DNA of 64,000 bases from an uncultured Ignavibacterium sp. (GTDB lineage Bacteria > Bacteroidota > Ignavibacteria > Tepidaquicellales > Tepidaquicellaceae): assembly GCA_964484125.1 (NCBI GenBank), contig CAZAEK010000008.1, forward strand, positions 24,868 to 88,867. Reading direction: 5' to 3'. Positions 9,610 through 18,731 of the stretch are shown piece after piece. The position numbers and the translations under genes are program-made. Below the pieces are notes generated by a model. The model saw only the letters and a list, made by a program, of their open reading frames with translations, did not search any database and was not told the DNA's origin. Within the stretch, counting starts at the first letter, position 1. Every line of letters starts with the position of its first letter.

Positions 9610-10312
9610 TTTTCTTTTGTGAATATTTACAAATCAGAATACTAAACTCATACAGCAGGAATAAAGGTATCCCGAGCAAGAGCTGACTGGCAATATCCGG
9701 TCCGGGTGTTAAAATTCCTGCAAGAATTAAAATTACAACAATTGCATGTCTTCTGTATTTCCTCATAAATTCAGGTTTCAGAATTCCAAGCTTGGAAAGG
9801 AAAAAAGAAACCATCGGTAGCTCGAAAACAATTCCGCCTGCGAGAAGAAGCGAAATAACAAAACTCATATACTCTTCTGCGGCAATCTGGTTTTCAATAA
9901 CAGAGGAGCCAAAAGTCGCGAAAAATCCAAGCGAAGTTGGAAGTAATACAAAATAGACAAACGCAATACCTGAAAGAAAACAAACCGAAGAGAAAAATAC
10001 TATTCCTACTATATATTTTCTTTCGTTTTCCTTTAGGGCAGGTTCAATAAATTTCCAGAATTGATAAAGAACATTAGGTAAGCTTAGTATTATACCTCCT
10101 ACTAAAATTACTTCAAAGTAAAGTGTAAGTTGTCCGAAAGGTTTAAGGTTTATAATCATCAGAGGCGGATTAGTATTTTTTGCCGGAGCGAACAGAACAT
10201 CTGTTATTACCCAATCAATAAAAATTCCTACTATAATTCCGCCTAAGACGATACCAATCAGAGATTTAATTACTCTCCATCTGAATTCTTCAAGATGGTC
10301 GAGAAAATTCAT
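9602..10312 (-). CDS. tatC: Twin-arginine translocase subunit TatC
   Basis: Six predicted TM segments with an N-terminus of MNFLDHLEEFRWRVI, typical of TatC. I prefer this internal ATG (10312) over the track start at 10357, which overlaps glyA by 20 nt. Confidence 0.75.
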   Translation of the reverse strand: MNFLDHLEEFRWRVIKSLIGIVLGGIIVGIFIDWVITDVLFAPAKNTNPPLMIINLKPFGQLTLYFEVILVGGIILSLPNVLYQFWKFIEPALKENERKYIVGIVFFSSVCFLSGIAFVYFVLLPTSLGFFATFGSSVIENQIAAEEYMSFVISLLLAGGIVFELPMVSFFLSKLGILKPEFMRKYRRHAIVVILILAGILTPGPDIASQLLLGIPLFLLYEFSILICKYSQKKNE

Positions 10313-10337
10313 CTCTGCTTCTTTATTTTGTTCACCT

Positions 10338-11627
10338 TTACCAGGCATACATTCCAAACTGAGAAGTCAATTTTAAAACTGCATCGCTAATTTCTGCTTT
10401 CACTTTTTCATCTGCAGGATTTGCTACAACCTTGTTTATAAATTCAGCAATCATTTCCATTTCTTTCTCTTTCATACCGCGGGTTGTCAATGCTGGAGTG
10501 CCAAGTCTTATACCACTTGTAATTAATGGACTCTTATCATCAAATGGAACAGAATTCTTATTGCATGTAATACCTACTGAATCCAGTGCTTCCTGTGCGG
10601 CTTTTCCTGTGATATTTTTATTTCTCAGGTCAATTAGCATAAGGTGATTATCTGTACCGCCTGAAATAATATTAAAATCAAATTCGATTAATTTTGCGGC
10701 AAGTGCTTTTGCATTTTTTATAACTTGTTTACCATATTCTTCAAAAGACGGCTGTAAGTCTTCTTTAAATGCAACTGCTTTTGCAGCAATTATGTGCATC
10801 AAAGGTCCGCCCTGAACACCGGGAATTACCATAGAATCAAACAGTTCACTCATCATCTTAGTTCTGCCGGTTTTAGGTGCTTTCAGCCCGAATGGATTTT
10901 CAAAATCTTTTCCCATTAAAATTAATCCGCCTCTCGGGCCTCTCAGAGTTTTATGTGTAGTTGTCGCAACTACGTGGCAATGTGGCATCGGGTCATTCAA
11001 TAATTTTTTTGCAATAAGTCCTGCAGGGTGTGCAATATCGGCAAAAAGAAATGCTCCGACTTTATCTGCAATTTCCCTGAAAATTTTATAGTCAATATTT
11101 CTTGAATATGCACTGGCTCCGACTGTAATTAATTTCGGCTTTTCTTTCATTGCAACCTCTTCAACATTGTTGTAATCAATATAGCCGGTTTCAGGGTCAA
11201 CACCATAACTTACGAAATTATAAAGCTGACCTGAAAAATTTACAGGTGAACCGTGAGTAAGGTGACCGCCGTGAGATAAATTCATTCCAAGAACTTTATC
11301 ACCGGGTTTTACCAGAACAAAATATACAGCCATATTTGCCTGACTGCCGGAATGTGGCTGTACATTTGAATATTCAGCACCAAAAAGTTCTTTTGCCCTG
11401 TCTCTTGCAATATTTTCTGCTACATCAACCCATTCACAACCGCCATAATATCTCTTACCCGGATATCCCTCTGCATATTTATTCGTCATTACACAACTCA
11501 TTGCCTCTCTTACCTCCGGAGATACAAAATTTTCAGATGCAATTAGTTCAAGTTTTTCTGCCTGTCTTTTTGTCTCATTTTGAATTGCTTCAAATATTTC
11601 TTTGTCTTTTTTTTCTAATAAGTTCAT
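10338..11627 (-). CDS. glyA: Serine hydroxymethyltransferase
   Basis: 429 aa. Motifs read: ELIASENF, the PLP-Lys region [13 protein letters not shown], and [12 protein letters not shown]. Confidence 0.95.
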   Translation of the reverse strand: MNLLEKKDKEIFEAIQNETKRQAEKLELIASENFVSPEVREAMSCVMTNKYAEGYPGKRYYGGCEWVDVAENIARDRAKELFGAEYSNVQPHSGSQANMAVYFVLVKPGDKVLGMNLSHGGHLTHGSPVNFSGQLYNFVSYGVDPETGYIDYNNVEEVAMKEKPKLITVGASAYSRNIDYKIFREIADKVGAFLFADIAHPAGLIAKKLLNDPMPHCHVVATTTHKTLRGPRGGLILMGKDFENPFGLKAPKTGRTKMMSELFDSMVIPGVQGGPLMHIIAAKAVAFKEDLQPSFEEYGKQVIKNAKALAAKLIEFDFNIISGGTDNHLMLIDLRNKNITGKAAQEALDSVGITCNKNSVPFDDKSPLITSGIRLGTPALTTRGMKEKEMEMIAEFINKVVANPADEKVKAEISDAVLKLTSQFGMYAW

Positions 11628-11663
11628 AACTTTTACAAAATTTAAAATATTTAAAAATTTAAT

Positions 11664-12101
11664 TTACTTTATATTGTTTAATTTATTTATTCTTCTTTCG
11701 TGTCTCTCGCCGCCTTCAAATTCTGTTGAAATAAAAATATCAAAATATTTTAAAGCAGTTTCTTTATCTATAAAATCAGCACCAAAACAAATTATTCTTG
11801 CATCATTATGTTTTCTTGACATCTTTGCCATATTTTCATTCGTTGCATTTACTGCCCTGGCACCCTTAACTTTATTAGCGGCAATGCTTACACCTATTCC
11901 GCTTCCGCATATTGCAATGCCATAATCTGCCTTCCCCGAAACAACACTCCCCGCAACACTTTCTGCATAATCGGGATAGTCAACGCTTGCATCGGAATCA
12001 GTTCCAAAATCAATTACCGTATAATTTCTGGATTTTAATTCCTTTATTAATTCTTCTTTAAGACGAAAGCCTCTGTGGTCAGAGCCTATTGAAATTATCA
12101 T
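11664..12101 (-). CDS. rpiB: Ribose-5-phosphate isomerase B
   Basis: 145 aa. Motifs IGSDHRGF, ICGSGIG and GGERHERR are typical of the RpiB/LacAB family. Confidence 0.9.
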   Translation of the reverse strand: MIISIGSDHRGFRLKEELIKELKSRNYTVIDFGTDSDASVDYPDYAESVAGSVVSGKADYGIAICGSGIGVSIAANKVKGARAVNATNENMAKMSRKHNDARIICFGADFIDKETALKYFDIFISTEFEGGERHERRINKLNNIK

Positions 12102-12121
12102 TGTTTATTATTTTATTGAGT

Positions 12122-13378
12122 TTATTTATCTTCATCTTTAGGTCTGAGAAACCAAAGTTCTCCAAAATTTATACCAAATGAAATTCTAAATAAGTCATCT
12201 TTCAGAAGTCCGTTAGAAGTTTTTCCCCTTGTCTGGTAACTCAAAGCGATATCAATTGAATTTAATTGATTTAAGGGTATTCCAATACCAATACTTGCAC
12301 CATATCCATCAACACCTTCTCCGTTTACATTATAAAGACTCTTATCATAAAAAACGCCAAACCTGTATGCATTTTTTAAAATAAATGGCCGGTCAGCCCT
12401 TGTATTTGGTAATATTTCAAGTCCTAATCCCACTCTCATTGAATTTCGAAGATTCGGATCTGTAGCTCCGTTGGATTTATAGTTAGCCCATTGCTGGAAA
12501 ACTACATCACCTGAAAGCAAGTATTTATCACCGAATTTATTCGTAATTCCAAAACCAAACATTTCAGGAATTTCAATATCGCCTCCTGGTATCTGTGTAG
12601 TATCATTTCCGGTGCTTGTTCCATAAATATTATCGACAGATGTAGTCAGTTTCAGTTTTGTCTGATATAAAAAACCAATTGATAGTTCGTCTGCCTGAAG
12701 TTCTTTAAATATTCTTCCAATATTAATTAACAAACCACCCTTAATAAAAGAGCCGCCTATATCAGTTTCTCTTCTTTTATAAGTACTTACAATATTCGGA
12801 TTAGTAAAATCAAGCACTGCAAGTTTTTTAACATTGCCGAAGGAATAATTATATTCAAAACCGAGACTCAGATTTTTCAAGGGTGAGTATGAAAGCCCAG
12901 CATTAATTCTTGTTAATCCTCCGTTGCCTGCATAAATATGGGTAACTTCTTCTCCAAGTTGGGTACTTAGCCGCGTTATTTTATAATTAATAAGATACTG
13001 CGGGTTAAAACCAATATTTAATACCATTCCCCAGTCTTTTTGTAAAGGTATTCCGAAATTAAAACCCGAAATGTTTGCATCTGTATTATCAGATTTACTT
13101 GATTCACTTTTTGTTCTTAAAAAATTGTATCTGAATCCAAAAGCCAGCTCAGTGTGTAAAAGTCTGTAGTTTGCAGCCGGGTTAAAATTTGTTACATTAT
13201 CTCCAGTCAGTGCTATACCCATAACGGACATACCTTCAGTTCTGTTGTTCGAATAATATAAATTATCTCCCAAACCGAAAATTGTATATGGAGAACCGCC
13301 GTTAAAATCTTCCTGTGCGAAACTATCAGCAGAAGCTATTGCAAATATTGAAAGAAATGTAAATATAATTTTATTCAT
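12122..13378 (-). CDS. Uncharacterised outer-membrane beta-barrel protein
   Basis: Signal peptide MNKIIFTFLSIFAIASADSFAQ. The protein is Gly/aromatic-rich with an alternating strand pattern throughout. No specific family recognised. Confidence 0.45.
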   Translation of the reverse strand: MNKIIFTFLSIFAIASADSFAQEDFNGGSPYTIFGLGDNLYYSNNRTEGMSVMGIALTGDNVTNFNPAANYRLLHTELAFGFRYNFLRTKSESSKSDNTDANISGFNFGIPLQKDWGMVLNIGFNPQYLINYKITRLSTQLGEEVTHIYAGNGGLTRINAGLSYSPLKNLSLGFEYNYSFGNVKKLAVLDFTNPNIVSTYKRRETDIGGSFIKGGLLINIGRIFKELQADELSIGFLYQTKLKLTTSVDNIYGTSTGNDTTQIPGGDIEIPEMFGFGITNKFGDKYLLSGDVVFQQWANYKSNGATDPNLRNSMRVGLGLEILPNTRADRPFILKNAYRFGVFYDKSLYNVNGEGVDGYGASIGIGIPLNQLNSIDIALSYQTRGKTSNGLLKDDLFRISFGINFGELWFLRPKDEDK

Positions 13379-13394
13379 TATAATGATTTCGTTT

Positions 13395-14576
13395 TTAATT
13401 TCTTGGAGTATATCTAATCTTGATACGTGGCCTTAAGGATAAATTGTTATAATTAATACCGTATAAATAGAACTGATCAAGTCCCTGAAAGTCATAAACA
13501 TAATAAATCATAAATCCGTAATTGGTCAGTGTTCCGAGATTCCACTTCTGAACAGTTGGAGTTATTCTGAATGAATATTTCTGAGAATCGGCTATACTGC
13601 CAAGATATTCAATCCCTGTAGTTAAATTAGCGGAATCAGTAATTTCGGCGAGAATTAAACGGTTCTCAGCCATTTTTGAAAAAGTTAATGATTTGTCAAG
13701 ATAAAAATCTATAGTTGCGTCATTTATAGATACTTTCCCTCCGAGTTTGGATAAATCGAAGCTGAATTTAGATCTGTAAGCAACTCCGCTCTGTACGAAT
13801 ATTCTGTCAGAAGGAGGTGTAATATTCCCGGAATTTGTAAGGGTAACAGTCTCGGAAGAATTAAAAACCAGAGTATCAATATCATTCTTTAAAGATACAA
13901 TTGCCTTTATAAAAGGTTTCAGGGAATCTGAATTTCTTGAAGTAAAGAATCCCTTTATTGTAGTTGAATTTGCATTAGGAGTAATTGCAACGCCATTATT
14001 TGCAAAGGGGTGATTCGGATTTGCGGCTTTCCAAATCCATTGTTTCACTGTCTCATTATCGAACGGAATACTGATTACTGAGGAATCAAGAGGATTTCCG
14101 CTATATGAAGCAAGCACGGTATTACCGATAACAGACTGATTAAAAGTACCGAAGTTTATAGTTGAGAGCCCTACAGTATCAGTAAGGGTATAGATATTGA
14201 AGGAAGTCTGTCCCGAAGAATCTTTGAAAAAGTAATTTGCATATCTGAAATTCAAAGTTGCAGAGATAACGGTGCAGCTGTCGTATGAAGCAGTAATGTC
14301 ATTAAACTTTAATAAAGTTTTAGATTCAAATCCCTGATATTTTCCGACAAGAAAATACTGAGATGAATAAGTATTTAGATATTTAACAAAACCAGAAGAC
14401 ACTTGCAGGATAGTATCAACCTGGGAATCAATAATTTTAGTGCCTAGAGTATCTCCGGAATTAATATAATTAAGCCCTAAATCGCTCGGGTTTTTTTCAC
14501 ATCCGTTAGTTATTATCAGAAATGCTGATAATAAGAAAATCAAATTTACGGATTTTAGTAATTTAATTTTATTCAT
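13395..14576 (-). CDS. Lipoprotein, DUF4270-like (conserved next to glycogen synthase in Bacteroidota)
   Basis: Lipobox ...IITNGC. Its position directly downstream of a glgA-like gene matches the synteny I recall for DUF4270. The family assignment is not verifiable here. Confidence 0.4.
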   Translation of the reverse strand: MNKIKLLKSVNLIFLLSAFLIITNGCEKNPSDLGLNYINSGDTLGTKIIDSQVDTILQVSSGFVKYLNTYSSQYFLVGKYQGFESKTLLKFNDITASYDSCTVISATLNFRYANYFFKDSSGQTSFNIYTLTDTVGLSTINFGTFNQSVIGNTVLASYSGNPLDSSVISIPFDNETVKQWIWKAANPNHPFANNGVAITPNANSTTIKGFFTSRNSDSLKPFIKAIVSLKNDIDTLVFNSSETVTLTNSGNITPPSDRIFVQSGVAYRSKFSFDLSKLGGKVSINDATIDFYLDKSLTFSKMAENRLILAEITDSANLTTGIEYLGSIADSQKYSFRITPTVQKWNLGTLTNYGFMIYYVYDFQGLDQFYLYGINYNNLSLRPRIKIRYTPRN

Positions 14577-14668
14577 TTAATTGTTTATAAATCGTCAAAG
14601 CATTTAAAATAACATAATAAAATATAATAATCCAAACACTAAGTAAAAACAAAATAAAAAACGAAATA

Positions 14669-15250
14669 TTAGTTGTCTGGAACAGAATTATTTAGTATAA
14701 ACGAAGCCGCTTCAATTAAATTATCAGCGGGGCATTCAATAATAATATTTTCGTCGAGACATTTTTTAAAATCTCTTTTTCCATATCCGGTCATCATCAT
14801 TATTTTTTTCAACTTTGCATTTGCAGCACATTTCATGTCTGTATAAGAATCGCCAACAAAAAATGATTCTTTTAAATTAATATTATATTTAGCAGTTGCT
14901 TTTTCAATCAATCCAATATCCGGTTTTCTGTCACGATGTTCAACCTTAAATTTTTCAACTATTCCATCAATGTGATAAGGTGAATAAAAAATATCGTCAA
15001 TCAGAATTTTTCCATTTTTGTTAAGTCTGTTAAAAAATTCATTATGAATAGATTCAAGTTCCTCAATAGAAAGCAATCCTCTTGCAACGGCAGATTGATT
15101 AGTAATAATTATATTTAAAAACCCGGCTTCTTTAAGCATTACAAGTGCTTCTGTAAGTCCGGGCATAAATTCAATATCTTCCTTTTTTATCAGATAATTA
15201 ACTTCTTTGTTGATAGTACCGTCTCTGTCAAAAAAAACAGCTTTTTTCAC
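14669..15250 (-). CDS. gmhB: HAD-IIIA phosphatase, D,D-heptose 1,7-bisphosphate phosphatase-like
   Basis: Motifs FFDRDGTIN, ITNQSAVARG, RKPDIG and FFVGDSYTD. Confidence 0.7.
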   Translation of the reverse strand: MKKAVFFDRDGTINKEVNYLIKKEDIEFMPGLTEALVMLKEAGFLNIIITNQSAVARGLLSIEELESIHNEFFNRLNKNGKILIDDIFYSPYHIDGIVEKFKVEHRDRKPDIGLIEKATAKYNINLKESFFVGDSYTDMKCAANAKLKKIMMMTGYGKRDFKKCLDENIIIECPADNLIEAASFILNNSVPDN

Positions 15251-15263
15251 AACTGAACCGAAA

Positions 15264-16745
15264 TCATTTACCTGTTAGAGATTTATAAAGCTCCATATAC
15301 TTCCTGGCAGATGTTTTCCAGGAAAAGTCAAGTGACATACCGTTTCTGATTAATGAATACCATTTATCTTTTTTATTCTGATATACATTTAATGCTGTTT
15401 TGATTGTTTTAAGAAAATCTGTTGCATTAAATTTGTCGAATAAAAATCCTGTTCCATCAGGTCTGCTCCAGTCATTAATTGTATCCGATAATCCGCCTGT
15501 ATTTCTTACAACAGGGATTGTGCCGTAACTAAGACTATAGAGCTGATTATAACCACATGGTTCGTAAAGCGAAGGCATAAGTAACATATCTGCTCCTGCT
15601 TCAATGTAATGAGCAAGCTCTTCATCGAAACCAATATTTACTATAAGTTTATCAGCATACAATTTTTTGGCTTTTAGGAAATACTTCTGATATTTTTCTT
15701 CACCGACTCCGAGAATTATCATCTGAACATTTTCTTTCATAAGTTTTGGAAGTATTTCCACAAGCAGGTCAATGCCTTTGTGTTGCACCATTCTTGAAAT
15801 AACGCCTATGAGCGGAATGTTTTCATCGTATCTGAATTTGAATCGGTTCAGTAGTTCTCTTTTATTTTCATACTTCAGAGGAATTTCCTGATAAGTATAT
15901 CTGTAAGGTATAATTCTGTCAACACTCGGATTCCATATTGTATAATCAATACCGCTTAATATTCCAATTATATCTTTTTTCCTTTTTTGAAAAACATCGT
16001 CTAAACCTTTATTGAGCACTTTGTCAGAGATAATTTCCTTTGCATACGTTTCGCTTACAGTAGTAATTTTATCTGCATAAATTAAACCTGTTTTTAAGAA
16101 ATTTATTCTACCCGATTGTCCGTGAATTTGCTCTTCAAAAACTTTTTCAGGAAGTCCCGTTTTGTTAAAAGTTGATTTCGGGAAAACACCCTGATTTTCA
16201 AGGTTGTGAATTGTTAAAACGGTCTTAATATCCCTGATATGCGCATTATTCTTATATACTGTTTTTAATAGAGCCGGTATGAGAGCTGTTTGCCAGTCAT
16301 TGCAGTGAATTACATCAGGTTTCCATTGTAATATTTCAAGAATTTCAAGCACAGCTTTAGAAAAAAACAAAAATCTCTCATCGTTATTCGAAAATTCTTT
16401 TTTTGTTCTCGGGTTAAAATAAACTCCTTTGTTTTTGAAAAAATCCTGATTTTCGAGAAGATAAATCTGTGCCTTAGTGTTTTTTCCGTGTATAAACGAA
16501 GATTTTATACTGAATTTTGTTGCTTTTCCATTTATTGAAATCTTAAGGTCTTTTAAACGCTTAATCTCATGAATCTGAAGTTTTCTTTCGTCTAATGGAC
16601 CGTATTTAGGAGATATAATTCTGACCTCATTTCCAAGTGAATTCAGAGCTTGTGGTAATGAATTTGATACATCAGCTAAACCGCCAGTTTTTGAATATGG
16701 AAGAACTTCGCTTGTTACAAACAGAACATTAAAACCTTTTTTCAT
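15264..16745 (-). CDS. glgA: Glycogen/starch synthase (GT5)
   Basis: The N-terminal motif SEVLPYSKTGGLADV is the diagnostic KTGGL motif. 493 aa. Confidence 0.85.
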   Translation of the reverse strand: MKKGFNVLFVTSEVLPYSKTGGLADVSNSLPQALNSLGNEVRIISPKYGPLDERKLQIHEIKRLKDLKISINGKATKFSIKSSFIHGKNTKAQIYLLENQDFFKNKGVYFNPRTKKEFSNNDERFLFFSKAVLEILEILQWKPDVIHCNDWQTALIPALLKTVYKNNAHIRDIKTVLTIHNLENQGVFPKSTFNKTGLPEKVFEEQIHGQSGRINFLKTGLIYADKITTVSETYAKEIISDKVLNKGLDDVFQKRKKDIIGILSGIDYTIWNPSVDRIIPYRYTYQEIPLKYENKRELLNRFKFRYDENIPLIGVISRMVQHKGIDLLVEILPKLMKENVQMIILGVGEEKYQKYFLKAKKLYADKLIVNIGFDEELAHYIEAGADMLLMPSLYEPCGYNQLYSLSYGTIPVVRNTGGLSDTINDWSRPDGTGFLFDKFNATDFLKTIKTALNVYQNKKDKWYSLIRNGMSLDFSWKTSARKYMELYKSLTGK

Positions 16746-16846
16746 CTAAGATTTTATTTTTAAAGAAGATACTTATTTATCAAAGGAAATTCAATACAAA
16801 TTGTAATGACTATGTTCCAGTTAAAAGTAACAGTGTATAATTTCAA

Positions 16847-16866
16847 GTGTGGAATAATTCCTCATG
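16847..16866. promoter_or_regulatory. Dyad motif GTGTGGAATAATTCCTCATG upstream of the sigma-54 activator gene (candidate activator binding site or autoregulation site)
   Basis: It contains the perfect palindrome GGAAT-A-ATTCC. Related copies lie at 18267-18284 and, inverted, at 25568-25587. Confidence 0.3.
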
Positions 16867-16884
16867 TTTATATATCTTTAATGT

Positions 16885-18228
16885 ATGAAAGAAAAAATAA
16901 AAATATTACTGGTTGATGACGAATTAAATTCAACTCAGATTCTTGGAAAAGTTCTCAGAAAAAAAGGATTTGATGTATATGAGGAAAATAGCAGCGTTAA
17001 TGCGAAAGAGCTTATCAAAAAGAATTTTTATGATATAATAATATCAGATTTGCAGATGCCAAATGTTTCAGGAATGGACTTGCTCGAAATTAAACCCGAA
17101 CATAGTTTATTTATAATGATAACAGGGTATGGTTCAGTATTATCTGCAGTGGAATCAATGAAAAAAGGAGCATTCGATTATGTGAACAAGCCATTTAATC
17201 TTGACGAATTCATTTTAAAAGTAGAAAAAGCGGCAGAAAAGGTTACGATGCAGACTGAACTTAATAAGTTAAAAGATATTGTTGAGAATGAAAACAATTT
17301 TTATGGAATAATCGGAAAAAGCCAGGAAATGCTTGATATATTTGATTTAATAAGAAATGTATCAAAAGTAAATATAAATTCACTGATTTATGGAGAAAGC
17401 GGAACAGGTAAAGAATTGATAGCCAGAGCAATACATAATTTAAGTGACAGAAACACAAAGCCATTCGTAGCAATAAACTGCAGTGCAATACCTGAAAACC
17501 TTCTGGAGAGTGAGCTTTTCGGACACACAAAGGGTGCATTTACTGGTGCAATTGATTCTCAAAAAGGAGTTTTTGAACAGGCAGATGGAGGCACTTTATT
17601 TTTAGATGAGATAGGTGATATGCCTTATAACCTTCAGGCAAAACTATTAAGAGTTTTAGAAAATTTCGAAGTTAAGCCGCTCGGAAGTGATAAAGTAAAG
17701 AAAATTGATATAAGATTAATATCAGCTACAAATCAAAATCTTGAAGAATTAATAAATGAAAAAAAATTTCGCGATGATTTATACTATAGAATAGCTACAA
17801 TCAAGATTAATCTTCCTCCATTAAGAGCAAGGAGAAGTGATATACCTTTAATAGCATACAATTATCTGAAAAAACTAGCTATTAAATTCGGAAGCGAATA
17901 TGAAATAACACCTGAGGCAATGGAAGCAATTACAAATTATGAATGGAAGGGAAACGTAAGAGAGCTTGAGAATGCTCTTGATATGGCTGCAATAAAAAGC
18001 TCAAATAAAATTATAGACATAACTTCTTTGCCTTTTAAGGGTGACGGAGGTTTTTCTATAAAAGAAATAACAACAGATAATACAAAGCCACAGACCTTAC
18101 TGGAAGTTGAAAAGTCTTATATAAAGCGAATCCTCGAATCTACCGGGGGAAATAAGCAAAAAGCAGCAGAAATCTTACAAATTGACAGAAAAACGCTGTA
18201 TAAAAAAATTAAAGACTATAACCTGTAA
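16885..18228 (+). CDS. Sigma-54-dependent response regulator (NtrC family: REC + AAA+ + Fis-type HTH)
   Basis: REC domain with LLVDDE and IIISDLQMP. AAA+ domain with GESGTGKE, ESELFGHTKGAFTGA (the GAFTGA loop) and LFLDEIG. The C-terminal HTH is GNKQKAAEILQIDRKTLYKK. Confidence 0.9.
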   Translation: MKEKIKILLVDDELNSTQILGKVLRKKGFDVYEENSSVNAKELIKKNFYDIIISDLQMPNVSGMDLLEIKPEHSLFIMITGYGSVLSAVESMKKGAFDYVNKPFNLDEFILKVEKAAEKVTMQTELNKLKDIVENENNFYGIIGKSQEMLDIFDLIRNVSKVNINSLIYGESGTGKELIARAIHNLSDRNTKPFVAINCSAIPENLLESELFGHTKGAFTGAIDSQKGVFEQADGGTLFLDEIGDMPYNLQAKLLRVLENFEVKPLGSDKVKKIDIRLISATNQNLEELINEKKFRDDLYYRIATIKINLPPLRARRSDIPLIAYNYLKKLAIKFGSEYEITPEAMEAITNYEWKGNVRELENALDMAAIKSSNKIIDITSLPFKGDGGFSIKEITTDNTKPQTLLEVEKSYIKRILESTGGNKQKAAEILQIDRKTLYKKIKDYNL

Positions 18229-18266
18229 AACAAGAATGTAGATTAATTCCTCATTCTACAACAATG

Positions 18267-18284
18267 TGTAATAATTCCCCACTT
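18267..18284. promoter_or_regulatory. Candidate upstream activator site, about 50 nt upstream of the -24 element
   Basis: GTGTAATAATTCCCCACT resembles the motif at 16847-16866. The adjacent TGTAGA-N12-TCTACA dyad at 18238-18261 also contains TTAATTCCTCA. Confidence 0.25.
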
Positions 18285-18332
18285 AAATGTTTATTATTTA
18301 TTAGTTTAAATTAATTATTGAACCTATCTTTT

Positions 18333-18348
18333 TGGCACGATAATTGCT
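18333..18348 (+). promoter_or_regulatory. Sigma-54 (-24/-12) promoter
   Basis: TGGCAC-gataa-TTGCT is an exact match to the TGGCAC-N5-TTGCW consensus. It lies immediately downstream of the sigma-54 activator gene. Confidence 0.75.
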
Positions 18349-18353
18349 GAAAA

Positions 18354-18731
18354 ATGAACGTGAAAAAAGTATTAAAAATATTGGTTTTCAGTTTAAATCC
18401 TGAGATGTGTAAATTAATGAAAAAATTTTTTGCAAAATTTGATTACAAATTTGATTGTGTGAAAATAGAAATTGACTCAGACTGGCGAAATCAAATTTTT
18501 GATAAAGAAATAGACTGCATCATTCTTGACACTAATATTAATTCCAGAGTGCAGGTAGAAATAAGGCAAAAATTCAGCAAAGCTATTTTTATTCTGATTC
18601 CCTCCTTCTCAAGTGAACCATATCCTGATTCAAATTCAGCTGATTTAATTCCTGAACCTTTTAAATTCAGTGAACTTGAAAAAGCATTATCTGAAATATA
18701 TAAATCAAAAGCTACTTCTGATGCGCTTTAA
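18354..18731 (+). CDS. Receiver-like (pseudo-REC) protein, first ORF of the cytochrome operon; start codon uncertain
   Basis: The pattern is CheY-like: KILVFSL (the DD acidic pair is replaced), DCIILD (Asp kept), AIFILIPS, and PEPFKFSELEKAL (the conserved Lys in KPF is replaced by Glu). The stop overlaps the next gene's ATG. Confidence 0.45.
   Translation: MNVKKVLKILVFSLNPEMCKLMKKFFAKFDYKFDCVKIEIDSDWRNQIFDKEIDCIILDTNINSRVQVEIRQKFSKAIFILIPSFSSEPYPDSNSADLIPEPFKFSELEKALSEIYKSKATSDAL

Noticed and set aside
10313-10357. The longer TatC N-terminus ([15 protein letters not shown]...).
   Set aside because: It overlaps glyA by 20 nt. The internal Met gives the conserved TatC N-terminus MNFLDHLEEFRWR.
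18670-18720. The upstream GTG start given by the track for the 18-19-haem cytochrome.
   Set aside because: The ATG at 18721 yields a canonical signal/anchor (MRFKTLISILYLL...). It also overlaps the stop of the preceding ORF in a coupling arrangement. The extra 17 residues look non-functional.
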